64,000 nucleotides of DNA from Omnitrophica bacterium GWA2_41_15 (GTDB lineage Bacteria; Omnitrophota; Gorgyraeia; Gygaellales; UBA12090): positions 47,239 to 111,238 of the forward strand of contig CAKKRH010000013.1 of NCBI GenBank assembly GCA_919902675.1, written 5' to 3'. The position numbers were made by a program, and so were the translations under genes. The notes beneath the pieces were generated by a model that had not been told where the DNA came from, searched no databases, and worked only from the letters and a program-made list of their open reading frames with translations. Numbering within the stretch: the stretch's first letter is position 1; each line of letters starts with the position of its first letter. Positions 29,225-37,743 of this stretch are shown here, piece by piece.

Positions 29225-29404
29225 ATGTCAAGATCTGGGTTGTTAAAATCTGGAGAAACCGCGCCACAGTCAGGTCAATACGAAATTATTGGCCCAAGAG
29301 GTGGTCGCACTGGTGTAGAACGAACCGTCACAAAAGGCGAACCGTTACCACCTACTCCAGAACAACGACAGGGTTACAAATTAGTTGACAAAACTAAACA
29401 CTAA
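29225..29404 (+). CDS. YjzC-like small protein
   Basis: SGETAPQSGQYEIIGPRGGRTGVERTVTKGEPLPPTPEQRQGYKLVDKTKH matches my memory of the YjzC family. An AGGAGG SD precedes the ATG at 29225. Confidence 0.6.
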   Translation: MSRSGLLKSGETAPQSGQYEIIGPRGGRTGVERTVTKGEPLPPTPEQRQGYKLVDKTKH

Positions 29405-29415
29405 CTCTGGCAATG

Positions 29416-29442
29416 GCGGGGCTAAGTTCTAGCCCCGCTTTT
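29416..29442 (+). terminator. Rho-independent terminator after the YjzC-like gene
   Basis: GCGGGGCT (29416..29423), a 7-nt loop, AGCCCCGC (29431..29438), then TTTTAATTTT. Confidence 0.7.
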
Positions 29443-29446
29443 AATT

Positions 29447-30190
29447 TTACCATCCCCTACACAATTCCTTATACCCGCACATACCGCAAAAGTAGTTCTC
29501 GTTGGGATAGAATATGCCAGTTTTGATTGCCTTTGAAACATAGGCCAAGATTTTGAGGAAGCGGTCAATGTCTTCCTGGCTACGCTGGGTGGAGAGCTGT
29601 TGGATTTTCGGGGTTTTGTTTCTGACCATTACATCAAAGCGCAGAGCGCTTTCCTGAAGACCAAAGGTCTGCCTATAGGCGAGGGCATAGCAGGTAAGCT
29701 GTAGGTCTTTGGCGGCATTGTCTTCCGGCATACTGCGTTTGGTGGTTTTGTGGTCAATAATGATGTCCTGACTATCCACAAGGTCAAGCCTGCCTTTTAG
29801 GGTGTAGTCAACATTCTGGAAAGATAGCTCAAACTCTTTTTCCACAATCTTGGGCTGGATAGCCGGAGATACCTGATTATGGTAGGCACTAATCAAGCCT
29901 ATACCTTCGTCTTTGACTTGACCCGGCTTCTCGTCTTCTTCAAATACTGTTTCCTTAACCCCGGAGTCCCAGAAATCCGAAAACAAGTCTGTTAACTGCT
30001 TAACCGGCAGATCATCTTTGGTCTTTATCTTGCGGACATAATTCACCTCTAATGCGGAATGGATTGACTTGCCTAAGGTAAGCGCGCTGGCCGGAGGGAT
30101 TTTCAGGCCGTCAAGGTAACGGAATTTATACTGCAAAGGGCAACGAAGATACATCTTAAGCTGGGTTACGGATAAATGATTATTATTCAT
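29447..30190 (-). CDS. PD-(D/E)XK exonuclease of the Cas4/RecB-like type (phage-type)
   Basis: There is an N-terminal Cys in YLRCPLQYKFRY, the core is RLDLVD...IIDHKTTK, and a C-terminal Cys cluster reads FCGMCGYKELC. This is the 4-Cys Fe-S pattern of the Cas4 family. Confidence 0.7.
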   Translation of the reverse strand: MNNNHLSVTQLKMYLRCPLQYKFRYLDGLKIPPASALTLGKSIHSALEVNYVRKIKTKDDLPVKQLTDLFSDFWDSGVKETVFEEDEKPGQVKDEGIGLISAYHNQVSPAIQPKIVEKEFELSFQNVDYTLKGRLDLVDSQDIIIDHKTTKRSMPEDNAAKDLQLTCYALAYRQTFGLQESALRFDVMVRNKTPKIQQLSTQRSQEDIDRFLKILAYVSKAIKTGIFYPNENYFCGMCGYKELCRGW

Positions 30191-30286
30191 TTTTGGACAC
30201 CTCCCATATAGAATATGTCAAGCCAGAGCTAATTTGTGACAGAGAATTTGGGGCGAGCCGCAAGGGCCCGCCCCGATTCTTTAAGG

Positions 30287-30688
30287 CTATACCGCCATCA
30301 GCTCATCTATGGTCTGGCTGGCCTCGGCCATTGTCAAGGAATTCAGCCCTTCAATAAACTGGCCTTTCTCTTTGGCCAGCCGGGCAATGAAGCTTTTCTG
30401 CTTAGGGCTGGCGGGGGCAAGAGGGTCTTTAATGTGAGGCTTATTCTTTCCCTGGCACTGATCAGGACGCGCAGGCTCCGGGATAGTAACCTCATCCTTA
30501 TCCTTAGGCGCGGGTTTTGAAGGCTTTACCTGCGGATTTAATTGACGCTCAATTGCCCGCTTGGCCATAGTGAAAAGCTCATCCACCACGTTGTCTGCCT
30601 GTTCTTTGGGCACATCGCCGATTGTTTCAAAAGTTACCGAATAGGTATCGCCGTTATTTTTGTATCCGTAATTGGCTAAGATTCGCAT
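30287..30688 (-). CDS. Hypothetical mobile-element protein
   Basis: 133-aa ORF. A Pro/Lys-rich linker is followed by a C-terminal SPKQKSFIARLAKEKG...LTMAEASQTIDEL helix motif. Confidence 0.5.
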   Translation of the reverse strand: MRILANYGYKNNGDTYSVTFETIGDVPKEQADNVVDELFTMAKRAIERQLNPQVKPSKPAPKDKDEVTIPEPARPDQCQGKNKPHIKDPLAPASPKQKSFIARLAKEKGQFIEGLNSLTMAEASQTIDELMAV

Positions 30689-30712
30689 TTTTACTGCACT
30701 CCTTTCGTGGGT

Positions 30713-30946
30713 TTAATACCAATCCTCATAGTACACATTCTCACCTTGCTTATAGGACTTTATGGGGGTAATTCCGCCTATACACCGCTGGCACATCAAG
30801 CCGTAATCGGTGGTAAAACAGTCCTCTATCGCATTGGCCTCATGGTCTATGAGGTCACAATTGCAATAGTCACAGACCCGCAGTTCGCCTTTAGGCACAT
30901 CCACCCGGATAATCCAGGGTTCCTCTTCTTTACGCATAGTTATCAC
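30713..30946 (-). CDS. Small Cys-rich (CxxC...CxxC) putative zinc-binding protein
   Basis: The cysteine pairs are VCDYCNCDL and LMCQRCIG. The gene overlaps the upstream gene by 4 nt. Confidence 0.45.
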   Translation of the reverse strand: MITMRKEEEPWIIRVDVPKGELRVCDYCNCDLIDHEANAIEDCFTTDYGLMCQRCIGGITPIKSYKQGENVYYEDWY

Positions 30947-31218
30947 CTCCTTTCTATCGTCTTTTTGATGATAATCTCGTTATCTTTCGCCGTAAGGGTA
31001 ACCTCATCGCCCAGTTCAAAGCCAAAATGTAACAGCCATAGCCCTGAAACCCTGATGGCCGGAACATATTTGGTATTCTGGGGAAAGGCGAAGACTTTAA
31101 GGGATTTACCCTGCCTGCGCTTCTCAAGGTCCTTGATACGGCTGATGAGGGCCAGGGTCTTGCCTCTTCCTTCCATCTGGGAATATCTCTCTAATTGCTG
31201 AAGAGTCAGATAAGACAT
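30943..31218 (-). CDS. SymE-like (AbrB/SpoVT-fold) toxin family protein
   Basis: PAIRVSGLWLLHFGFELGDEVTLTAKDNEIIIKK resembles the SymE family signature (xLxLxGxWLxxAGFxxGxxVxV). Confidence 0.5.
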   Translation of the reverse strand: MSYLTLQQLERYSQMEGRGKTLALISRIKDLEKRRQGKSLKVFAFPQNTKYVPAIRVSGLWLLHFGFELGDEVTLTAKDNEIIIKKTIERR

Positions 31219-31509
31219 CTAAACCACCTCCTCTCTTAAAAAATCCCGGTTCCTCTGAACAAACCCCTCAAGGGTCTCCGAAGCCAAAGGGACAAAACCC
31301 GCTGAAATAAGCCGGGAGACATCCCTCATCAGACGACGCTCCTGCCGCAAGGCGGACATCCCGAATGAACGGGAAGGCAGATCCTCTTGCCAAGTGCGAT
31401 ACTGGGAATCGCGCGAGACAGAATACCTCTGCATACAGCCATCCACCCGAAGCAGGCCGTCCTCAAATTTCTCACCTCTCTTTAAACTATCTTTTCTTTC
31501 TTGCCGCAT
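31219..31509 (-). CDS. Hypothetical 96-aa protein
   Basis: A strong SD (AGGAGGG) lies upstream of the ATG at 31509. I recognise no motif. Confidence 0.5.
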   Translation of the reverse strand: MRQERKDSLKRGEKFEDGLLRVDGCMQRYSVSRDSQYRTWQEDLPSRSFGMSALRQERRLMRDVSRLISAGFVPLASETLEGFVQRNRDFLREEVV

Positions 31510-32380
31510 ACGCTAAACCCTCCTTTCTTTTTTGAAAAACAAAAGGCCCAATGATTTAACCCGAAGGGGCGGTTTTGCTTTGAGGCACCCCGCAAAGCAA
31601 AATCCCCCGACGCACAAGCGTCGGGGGAAGCCTTTTGTCAAGAAAACCGAAGGCGGACTTTGAGGCAGACCACAAAGTCCGTTCTTAAGAAAAATTGAGA
31701 CTCCCCGAAGGGTCAGCCCCGCGTAAGCGGGGCTGATGCCCAGCCCTTTGAGGCAGACCACAAAGGGCTGGGTAGAGGCGAATTTTTCTTAAGAATTTTC
31801 TTGATAAAAGTTCCCGCCGAAGGCGGGGCCGCCGGAGCACGCCAGTGCGCAGGCGGAAAATCATTGGGCATAAATAACATAAAAAAGAAAGGAGGGTGCC
31901 GGAATCAAGGCAAGAAAGAAGCCGAAGTAAAATGTTGGTGAGAAATTTGAGGGTGTCTTGAAACGGGCTCAAGCAGGGCCTATGCGATGGTTTTTGGCGG
32001 AGCGGAAAAACGTTGGGGTCTGGGGAATTTCAAATTCCCCAGCGGGGTTTGGGGCAGAGCCCCAAGAACATACGCGCTATGCTGACAAGACGAGCTGGCT
32101 TCTGGACGAAGGACAGAACTGCCGAAAGGAGAGGCGGCGCAGGTAACGGAAGCCCGAAGGGCTGAAGTCCGAGCACGCCTATCCTGAAGGCAGTTGCCTC
32201 GCGAAGCGGGGCAAGCCAGCGGAGCTGGATGCTAAGGGGCAGGCGGCCCAGCCTGCCCGCCCGCCGACCAAGGCGGGCAGATGAGCGAGCGCCAAGCGAG
32301 CGGGGGAGTGAGACGAGCGGCAGCGAGGCGAACGGCGACTGCGCCACGCCGCCAGCCCGCCCAAGCGGGCGGTGGAATCC
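31510..32380. other. GC-rich, ORF-poor, hairpin-dense non-coding block (candidate large structured RNA or protein-binding hairpin array)
   Basis: At least 12 GC-rich stem-loops. Three share the loop and loop-proximal stem CTTTG-AGGCA(G/C)(A/C)CC(A/G)-CAAAG but have different outer stems (31573..31602, 31655..31680, 31739..31772). Others are CCCCCGACGC-ACAA-GCGTCGGGGG (31604..31627), TCAGCCCCGC-GTAA-GCGGGGCTGA (31713..31736), CCCGCC-GAA-GGCGGG (31813..31827) and the palindrome GGGGAATTT-C-AAATTCCCC (32022..32040). The tracked ORFs here are Arg/Pro/Gly/Ala-rich shadows. Confidence 0.6.
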
Positions 32381-32920
32381 TTAATCCCTGCTCAAGATCG
32401 TATCAAACTCTTTTTGATATTTCCTGATTACTTCCGTGTCGGATATAAATATGGCGTTTTCGTAATTGAAGAACTCGGCATTATCTGACCAATTATAAGA
32501 GCCGGTAAAAAGCAGGGTTTTGTCAAATATGGCGAATTTATTGTGCATTATACCTCGGCTCTTGCCACGCCTTATCTTTACATCAAAGCCGGAATCAATA
32601 AGTAATTGAACAACTGAATGCGCGCCCTTATACTGGCGGCTGTCGGCGATAATTCTTATCTTTAGCCCCCTCTTCTTCGCATTTTCAAGAGAAGCTTTTA
32701 TTTCCTGGGAGGTAAAGTCAAATATGGCTATATCTATTGAAAGGCGGGAATTATCAATGGCCTTAATAATGCGGCTTCTTATATTGCCTTCGGGGGAAAA
32801 ATAGACTTCGGTATGATGGGCGGCCGATTTTTGGGGAGAGACCGCACAGCCGGAAACGGCGAGTGAAATAATTAAGAGGCATAGGCTTAGAAAACGCGGT
32901 TTTCTCAACTGCATAAGCAC
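32381..32920 (-). CDS. Phospholipase D-family (Nuc-like) endonuclease, lipoprotein/secreted
   Basis: The HKD motif is MHNKFAIFD and is followed by GSYNWS. The N-terminal LCLLIISLAVSGC is a lipobox-like signal. Confidence 0.8.
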   Translation of the reverse strand: MLMQLRKPRFLSLCLLIISLAVSGCAVSPQKSAAHHTEVYFSPEGNIRSRIIKAIDNSRLSIDIAIFDFTSQEIKASLENAKKRGLKIRIIADSRQYKGAHSVVQLLIDSGFDVKIRRGKSRGIMHNKFAIFDKTLLFTGSYNWSDNAEFFNYENAIFISDTEVIRKYQKEFDTILSRD

Positions 32921-33131
32921 TATTTTACCATATCTTTAAAAAACATGAATGGGAAAATTCATCCCTGGGTTTGCTGCAGATATGCTGTTTATGAATGGCT
33001 TACGGGAAAAATTGGGGTATAAATGAAAAAGAGGCATTACCGCGGGACGGAACCCTTTGGATAGCCTCTCATCGTGATACACTTAAAATATACCTTATAA
33101 AACAGCTCGTGTCAAGCCCTATTTCTAGTTC

Positions 33132-34488
33132 GGTAGTATACTGAATTGTGTGTAAATTAGCTTTACCTTTGAATTAAAAAGGCGTATCTTTCTGTTTGAA
33201 GACTTATTAACCCGGGCCTGACAGCCCTAACCAGAAAGGATACGCCAATGGAATACGTAGTTACCGAACATAGTTTACGCCGCCGATGGGCTAGAGTCAA
33301 TGAGTTTTTTCAATCTACCCAAGAAAAAGACTTCTGGGTGGATATCAACCAATACCTGCGCCGCCTGGTTAAAGGCATTATCGAAGTCAGCCTTGACGAA
33401 GAAATGATCCAATACATGCAGACACAGCCTTATCAAAGAACCAACGGATCAAGCCGCCTGGATTACCGTAACGGATACTATTGCCGCAATCTCGATACTA
33501 CCTTCGGCCCTGTGGAGCAGATTGCCGTCCCCCGCTCAAGGCAAGGCTTATTCAGGCCGTCTGTTTTCCGGCGCTACCAAAGAACGACAGGAGGCCGTTA
33601 ATGATGTCATCTGCAATGTCTTCCTGCGCGGGATATCCACCAGGGATGTCGCGGGGGCGTTAAAACCGCTGCTCAACACTGCTCTCTCGGCCTCTACGGT
33701 ATCCAGAATAACAAAAAGGCTCAATCCTTTAGTCAAAGAATTCCACCGGCGCAAGCTGCTTGATGAATATCAGTTCCTGTTCCTGGACGGCATTACCATC
33801 TCGGTAAAGGGCGCGCTTAAGGCCAAGAAAATACTTGTGCTGGTTGCCTACGGTATTACCATCTTCGGCAAAAAAGAGCTGATTGCCTTCAGAATCGCCA
33901 ATGCCGAATCAACTCCTGCCTGCGAAAGCTTCTTAAATGACCTGTTTAGGCGCGGTCTGGAGGGGAAAAATCTCAAGATGGTTATCACCGATGGCTCTAA
34001 AGGCTTCATCGCGGCTATTGAGTTAGTCTATCCTCAGGCCAAACACCAGCGCTGCTGGGTGCATAAACTGCGTAATGCTACTAAACGCCTTAAAAAGGCG
34101 GATATTAAGCCTTTTAAGGCGGATGCGCGTAAGATTTATAATGCCTCGACTCATCGGGAAGCGGTTGCTGCCTTTAAAAACCTTCGTAAATACTGGCATA
34201 ACATTGCTCCCGAAGCGGTAAAATGCCTGGAACGAGATCTTGATGAGCTCTTATCTTTTTTAACAATCCCTATTAAAGAGCAATTCCATGCCTTTATTCG
34301 CCGTCAGATTCGCACCACCAATATCATTGAACGCTCATTCCGTGAAGTAAGGCGCAGAACCAGGCCTATGGGATGTTTTACCAATTATGACAGCGTAAGC
34401 AGGATTATTTACGCTATCTTTAACCGTCTAAACTCCAAATGGGAAGAGAAACCTTTAATACAATTTACACAATTTATTTGACATTACC
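33132..34488 (+). mobile_element. IS256-family insertion sequence with a 9-bp target-site duplication
   Basis: The terminal inverted repeats are GGTAGTATACTGAATTGTGTGTAAATT (left) and AATTTACACAATTTATTTGACATTACC (right). A direct TTCTAGTTC sits at 33123..33131 and again at 34489..34497. The element encodes a Transposase_mut-type protein. Confidence 0.85.
33248..34481 (+). pseudogene. IS256-family transposase split into two frames (33248..33601 and 33522..34481)
   Basis: The N-terminal frame ends ...LFRPSVFRRYQRTTGGR*. The family-typical continuation RQEAVNDVICNVFLRGISTRDV...ITDGSKGF...QRCWVHKLRN...TTNIIERSFRE lies in the +1 frame. The switch point is near CCAAAGAACGAC at about 33575..33590. 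Confidence 0.75.
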
Positions 34489-34582
34489 TTCTAGTTCTTT
34501 TCTTGTTCTTTCTTGGCTTGATATTGAATCTCCTCATCCCCCTTACGCTCAGTAGTATCTTTATGGCAATGATAATCATGCC

Positions 34583-34948
34583 TTATTTTCTCCGGTAATC
34601 GGCAACCCTTTCGCTGATAAAGTAGACTATGGCGATATCCCGGACAAAGCCGATTATTTCCTTGAAGTCATCTTTAAAGGTATGGTACTTCTCAACCATT
34701 ACGGTGGTAGGGGCTTCGTATTTCTGGCTTAACTCGTTGCTTAGGTCTTCGGGGGTTTTGTTTTGGCAGGAGACCTCGCCTGCCAGAGGCAGGCTGATCT
34801 TCTTGTCCGGCCGGATAACGGCTTTTTCATCCAGCTTCTTCCAGATAACCACCCTTAGCTCATCACCGGCCCTTAAGCGGTAGTCTCCGGCTGTGGCGCA
34901 GCCTGCAATAAAAACAGCCAAACCCACTGCTAAAACGGAATATCTCAT
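34583..34948 (-). CDS. Lipoprotein with a Poly_export (Wza N-terminal)-like domain
   Basis: The lipobox is AVFIAGC. YRLRAGDELRVVIW....AVIRPDKKISLPLAGEVSCQNKTPEDLSNELSQKY resembles the polysaccharide-export domain signature. Last gene of the operon. Confidence 0.5.
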   Translation of the reverse strand: MRYSVLAVGLAVFIAGCATAGDYRLRAGDELRVVIWKKLDEKAVIRPDKKISLPLAGEVSCQNKTPEDLSNELSQKYEAPTTVMVEKYHTFKDDFKEIIGFVRDIAIVYFISERVADYRRK

Positions 34949-35997
34949 TTTTCGGCCTCCTCAAACTTAGTGATGGTTAAATCCGCAAAAGACACATACA
35001 GGCTTTTGTCTTTTAGCCTGTTTAACAGGCTGGCCGGGCAATAAGATAAAATGAGCTTATTTGCCTGGTGCGGGTCAATGCGCATTACCTTGTATTCGTT
35101 TTCGTCAAAGGACCAGAGGATATCTTTGATATTCTCGTAGCCTTCATAAAAGATAAAGCCCGAAATAATAGAGCTTGCGGGGATTTCTATCTGGTCAAAA
35201 AGGCAATAGGAGTAGTGTTTAGTTAAGACTTGTTTTTTGATTCCCTTATCCAGAATAACATTTATCTTATTGATGATAATCGCGGAATGGGCTTTGTAGG
35301 TTACAAGGTAGATTTTATTCTGGCCATTCTCAATAATTAAGCCCTCGTCTAAAATGGCCAATACCCAGAATTCATCATCAACTGGCATTTGCGATTCCTG
35401 CCAGATGCCCTTGATTTTTACTTTGATTAGGTAATCATCTGAAAATTTCTTTGTCTCTTCTATTGCCCCGTAGGTGGTCTGGGAAAGACGGTAGAATAAG
35501 GATTTATAGCCGATAAAGGATAAGGGTGTGGTAATAGTGAGGATAATGATAAGTATGGCCAGGAAAATGTATTCTCTTTTGGAATTAACCTCTATTCTTG
35601 AGGATTTATTTTCCGGGAAGACAAACCTTGAAGGGCTGGGATAAAAGAAGGGCACACCTGATATATTTGCCATATCCAGCATAATGTGGGAGATTACGCC
35701 TATGATTAAGGCTGAATACTTGAACACACCTAAAAAGAATATAAGCGGGATAAACAGGGTTAAAGAAATAAGAATAAATATCCAGGAATGGGTTACCTGC
35801 CTGTGGCCGTATCTCTGCTCAATGGCTTTAGAAAACGGGCATATCTTGCCTATCGCGGATTTGGGGGTGTCTATATCCGGCAATAACGCGCCTATGCCGC
35901 TTAAGGCTAAAGCGGATGTATTCGGCTCTATGCCTAAGCTAGTAAAGATAAACTCGGTGAGTAATACCCCGAATGAAATATGGGTTACGGAAATCAT
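34945..35997 (-). CDS. YdjM/DUF457-like membrane-bound metal-dependent hydrolase with an extra C-terminal soluble domain
   Basis: The N-terminus is MISVTHISFGVLL...LLPDIDTPKSAIGK...QVTHSW, followed by about 5 TM helices. The C-terminal 180 aa or so are unrecognised. Confidence 0.55.
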   Translation of the reverse strand: MISVTHISFGVLLTEFIFTSLGIEPNTSALALSGIGALLPDIDTPKSAIGKICPFSKAIEQRYGHRQVTHSWIFILISLTLFIPLIFFLGVFKYSALIIGVISHIMLDMANISGVPFFYPSPSRFVFPENKSSRIEVNSKREYIFLAILIIILTITTPLSFIGYKSLFYRLSQTTYGAIEETKKFSDDYLIKVKIKGIWQESQMPVDDEFWVLAILDEGLIIENGQNKIYLVTYKAHSAIIINKINVILDKGIKKQVLTKHYSYCLFDQIEIPASSIISGFIFYEGYENIKDILWSFDENEYKVMRIDPHQANKLILSYCPASLLNRLKDKSLYVSFADLTITKFEEAEK

Positions 35998-36028
35998 CCC
36001 TGTTTTTACTCTCTCTTGGCTTAGCGGC

Positions 36029-36916
36029 CTATGCCTTGTGGAGGGCCTGTTTGTAAATTAAATAGCGGATAAATACGCCTATGCCGGTTAATGCCCCGAA
36101 TAAGGCATAGCCTTGATATTCCCCAAAACCCCTATACACAAACCTCATCACGATAAAAAAGGCAAAGATTAAGATGACAAACGGTGAGGCATCCACCTCT
36201 TTTATGCCGCTGCCGTGGATAAACATTTCCCGGACATAAGGCTTGGTGATTATCTTCTGGGTCTTGGCGCGGCTTATGGTTTCAACAATAGATAACGGTA
36301 TTCCCGAGGTATTGGCTACCACCTGATTGATGAAGAAATCCCGGCATTTGAGCCTTAGGCGCTTTTGCCGGATGAGCCGGTCTGTCAGTAGTCTTGCCTC
36401 TTCTTTGCTTAAGGGCTCAATTTCAACAATGTCAAACTGCCAGAAGAAGCGTTTTAGGGTGCGTATCCTTCGTATGAACTGGCAGGCGCCGAAAATAAGG
36501 CAAAGGCTGGAAAGCTGTTGCAGGATATCGGCAGTTGATGAGGTAAGCTCTTCCAGATGGTCAAAGACTAAGACAACCGGATTCTTCTTTGATTTCAGCT
36601 CTAAAAGGGCGATAACCTCATCGGTTAATTCCGAGACGGTTAAACGCTTTATCTGTTTTTCCTGGGTTTGAGTGGTTTTTTTCGTTAAGGTCTTGTAAAG
36701 GTTAAACAGGGCTTCTTTTACGGGTTTGAATTTCTCGATGTAGAGATACGGTTTCCTTTGCTCTTTAAGGTGGCGGCAAAGGAGTTTGAGAAGATGAGTC
36801 TTTCCGGTTCCCGGCTTTCCCAAGAGAAGCGAAGGAATACCTTCATTCGCGTTCTTAATCAGCTTCTTGCGCTCTTCTTCTCTGCCGATGGTAAAATCAA
36901 GGACCTGTAGATTCAT
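36029..36916 (-). CDS. Membrane-anchored AAA ATPase (AAA_22/ExeA- or ORC-like) with C-terminal TM helices
   Basis: Walker A is LLGKPGTGKTHLL and Walker B-like is VVLVFDHLEE. The C-terminal hydrophobic stretch is FVILIFAFFIVMRFVY...ALFGALTGIGVFIRYLIY. The start is set at MNLQVLDF. Confidence 0.65.
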   Translation of the reverse strand: MNLQVLDFTIGREEERKKLIKNANEGIPSLLLGKPGTGKTHLLKLLCRHLKEQRKPYLYIEKFKPVKEALFNLYKTLTKKTTQTQEKQIKRLTVSELTDEVIALLELKSKKNPVVLVFDHLEELTSSTADILQQLSSLCLIFGACQFIRRIRTLKRFFWQFDIVEIEPLSKEEARLLTDRLIRQKRLRLKCRDFFINQVVANTSGIPLSIVETISRAKTQKIITKPYVREMFIHGSGIKEVDASPFVILIFAFFIVMRFVYRGFGEYQGYALFGALTGIGVFIRYLIYKQALHKA

Positions 36917-37559
36917 TACTAAAATCTTCCTTTCTGAAGGAAAAGGTAAAGACCCGCTCATACACCGCGCCCCTGAATACATAGCTCACCTGTACGGGGA
37001 GTTTGTAGAATTTCTGCTCGGCGATAAGGTATAGCTTAAATTCCGCCTGCGGGCCGCGTTTTAAGTTCTGGCCGATTGTACCTACGCTGGAAAGGACATA
37101 GCGCGTCCGGTCATTGGAAATCTTTACCGGGATATCCGGCAAGAGCTCAATGAAGATGTCTTGTATTTTCTCCGCGCTGGTTATGCTTACGCTCAAGACA
37201 TCGCCTTTAAGCTCTGCCTTCATATCCAGGCCTACATCCGGGCCTTTAGAATAAATGGTGGGGATAAAGGTTTCCTGTAAAGTTTCGTATTCTCCTATCC
37301 AGAATTTTAGGGTGTATTCAACAGTAAACTTATTCCTGATAAAGTAAACATTAACTTTACTGCCTCTGGGGATATCCCCAAGATACTTATAAAACGGACT
37401 TATTACCGCGGCCCTTAGGATATCCTGGCTTCCCTGGTTGATGAGCCAGCCGCGCTCGTAGACAAGATAATTTATCCTTGTTTGCGGCTTTGTCTTTTCC
37501 TCGGCGAATGATGAACTTATAGCGATAAAGCAGATGAGCATTGCGCATAGTATCCTCAT
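36897..37559 (-). CDS. Secreted beta-rich protein, unknown function
   Basis: The signal peptide is MRILCAMLICFIAISSSFA and the SD is GGAGAAA. I recognise no motif. Confidence 0.55.
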   Translation of the reverse strand: MRILCAMLICFIAISSSFAEEKTKPQTRINYLVYERGWLINQGSQDILRAAVISPFYKYLGDIPRGSKVNVYFIRNKFTVEYTLKFWIGEYETLQETFIPTIYSKGPDVGLDMKAELKGDVLSVSITSAEKIQDIFIELLPDIPVKISNDRTRYVLSSVGTIGQNLKRGPQAEFKLYLIAEQKFYKLPVQVSYVFRGAVYERVFTFSFRKEDFSNESTGP

Positions 37560-37569
37560 TGGATTTCTC

Positions 37570-37743
37570 CTACTTATCCAAATCCAGGGTGAATTCTTGG
37601 GCGTTATAGTGGACAGAGATCACCTTAGAGTCTTTCATCTCAATAACGATGGTCCCGGACTTTGAGCCTTTTATCTTAGACTTAATCCATACGATAACCT
37701 TTTCATTTAAAGGTATTGGCGCGGTAACCCAGTTTTTATCCAT
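37570..37743 (-). CDS. 57-aa protein, possibly YezD/DUF2292-like
   Basis: Below the ORF-track length cutoff, so this is my own translation: MDKNWVTAPIPLNEKVIVWIKSKIKGSKSGTIVIEMKDSKVISVHYNAQEFTLDLDK. The ATG overlaps the upstream stop. The family call is weak. Confidence 0.35.
   Translation of the reverse strand: MDKNWVTAPIPLNEKVIVWIKSKIKGSKSGTIVIEMKDSKVISVHYNAQEFTLDLDK

Noticed and set aside
29050-29460. A duplicated tRNA-His 3' segment marking the left end (attL) of the integrated element.
   Set aside because: Scanning by eye, I found no second copy of GGTGGGTAACGGGATTTGAACC or a sizeable part of it near 29 kb or elsewhere in the window. Serine recombinases need only a very short crossover core, so the absence is uninformative. 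The left boundary stays undefined.
31513-32364. Tracked ORFs 31513..31761, 31685..31972, 31958..32146, 32030..32347 and 32179..32364 as genes.
   Set aside because: They overlap one another on both strands and are dominated by Arg/Pro/Gly/Ala/Leu, as expected from GC-rich hairpin DNA. They lack SD sequences and any motif.
31510-32380. Possible RNase P RNA. Fragments resemble conserved RNase P regions: GAAGTCCGAGCAC, CAGGTAACGG, GGGTGCCGG and ACAAGACGAGCTGGCTTC.
   Set aside because: The look-alike blocks occur in the wrong order on either strand relative to bacterial RNase P (CR-I should come first and the ACAGAAxCCGGCUUA block last). Each block is only a partial match. The location inside a mobile element also argues against an essential RNA.
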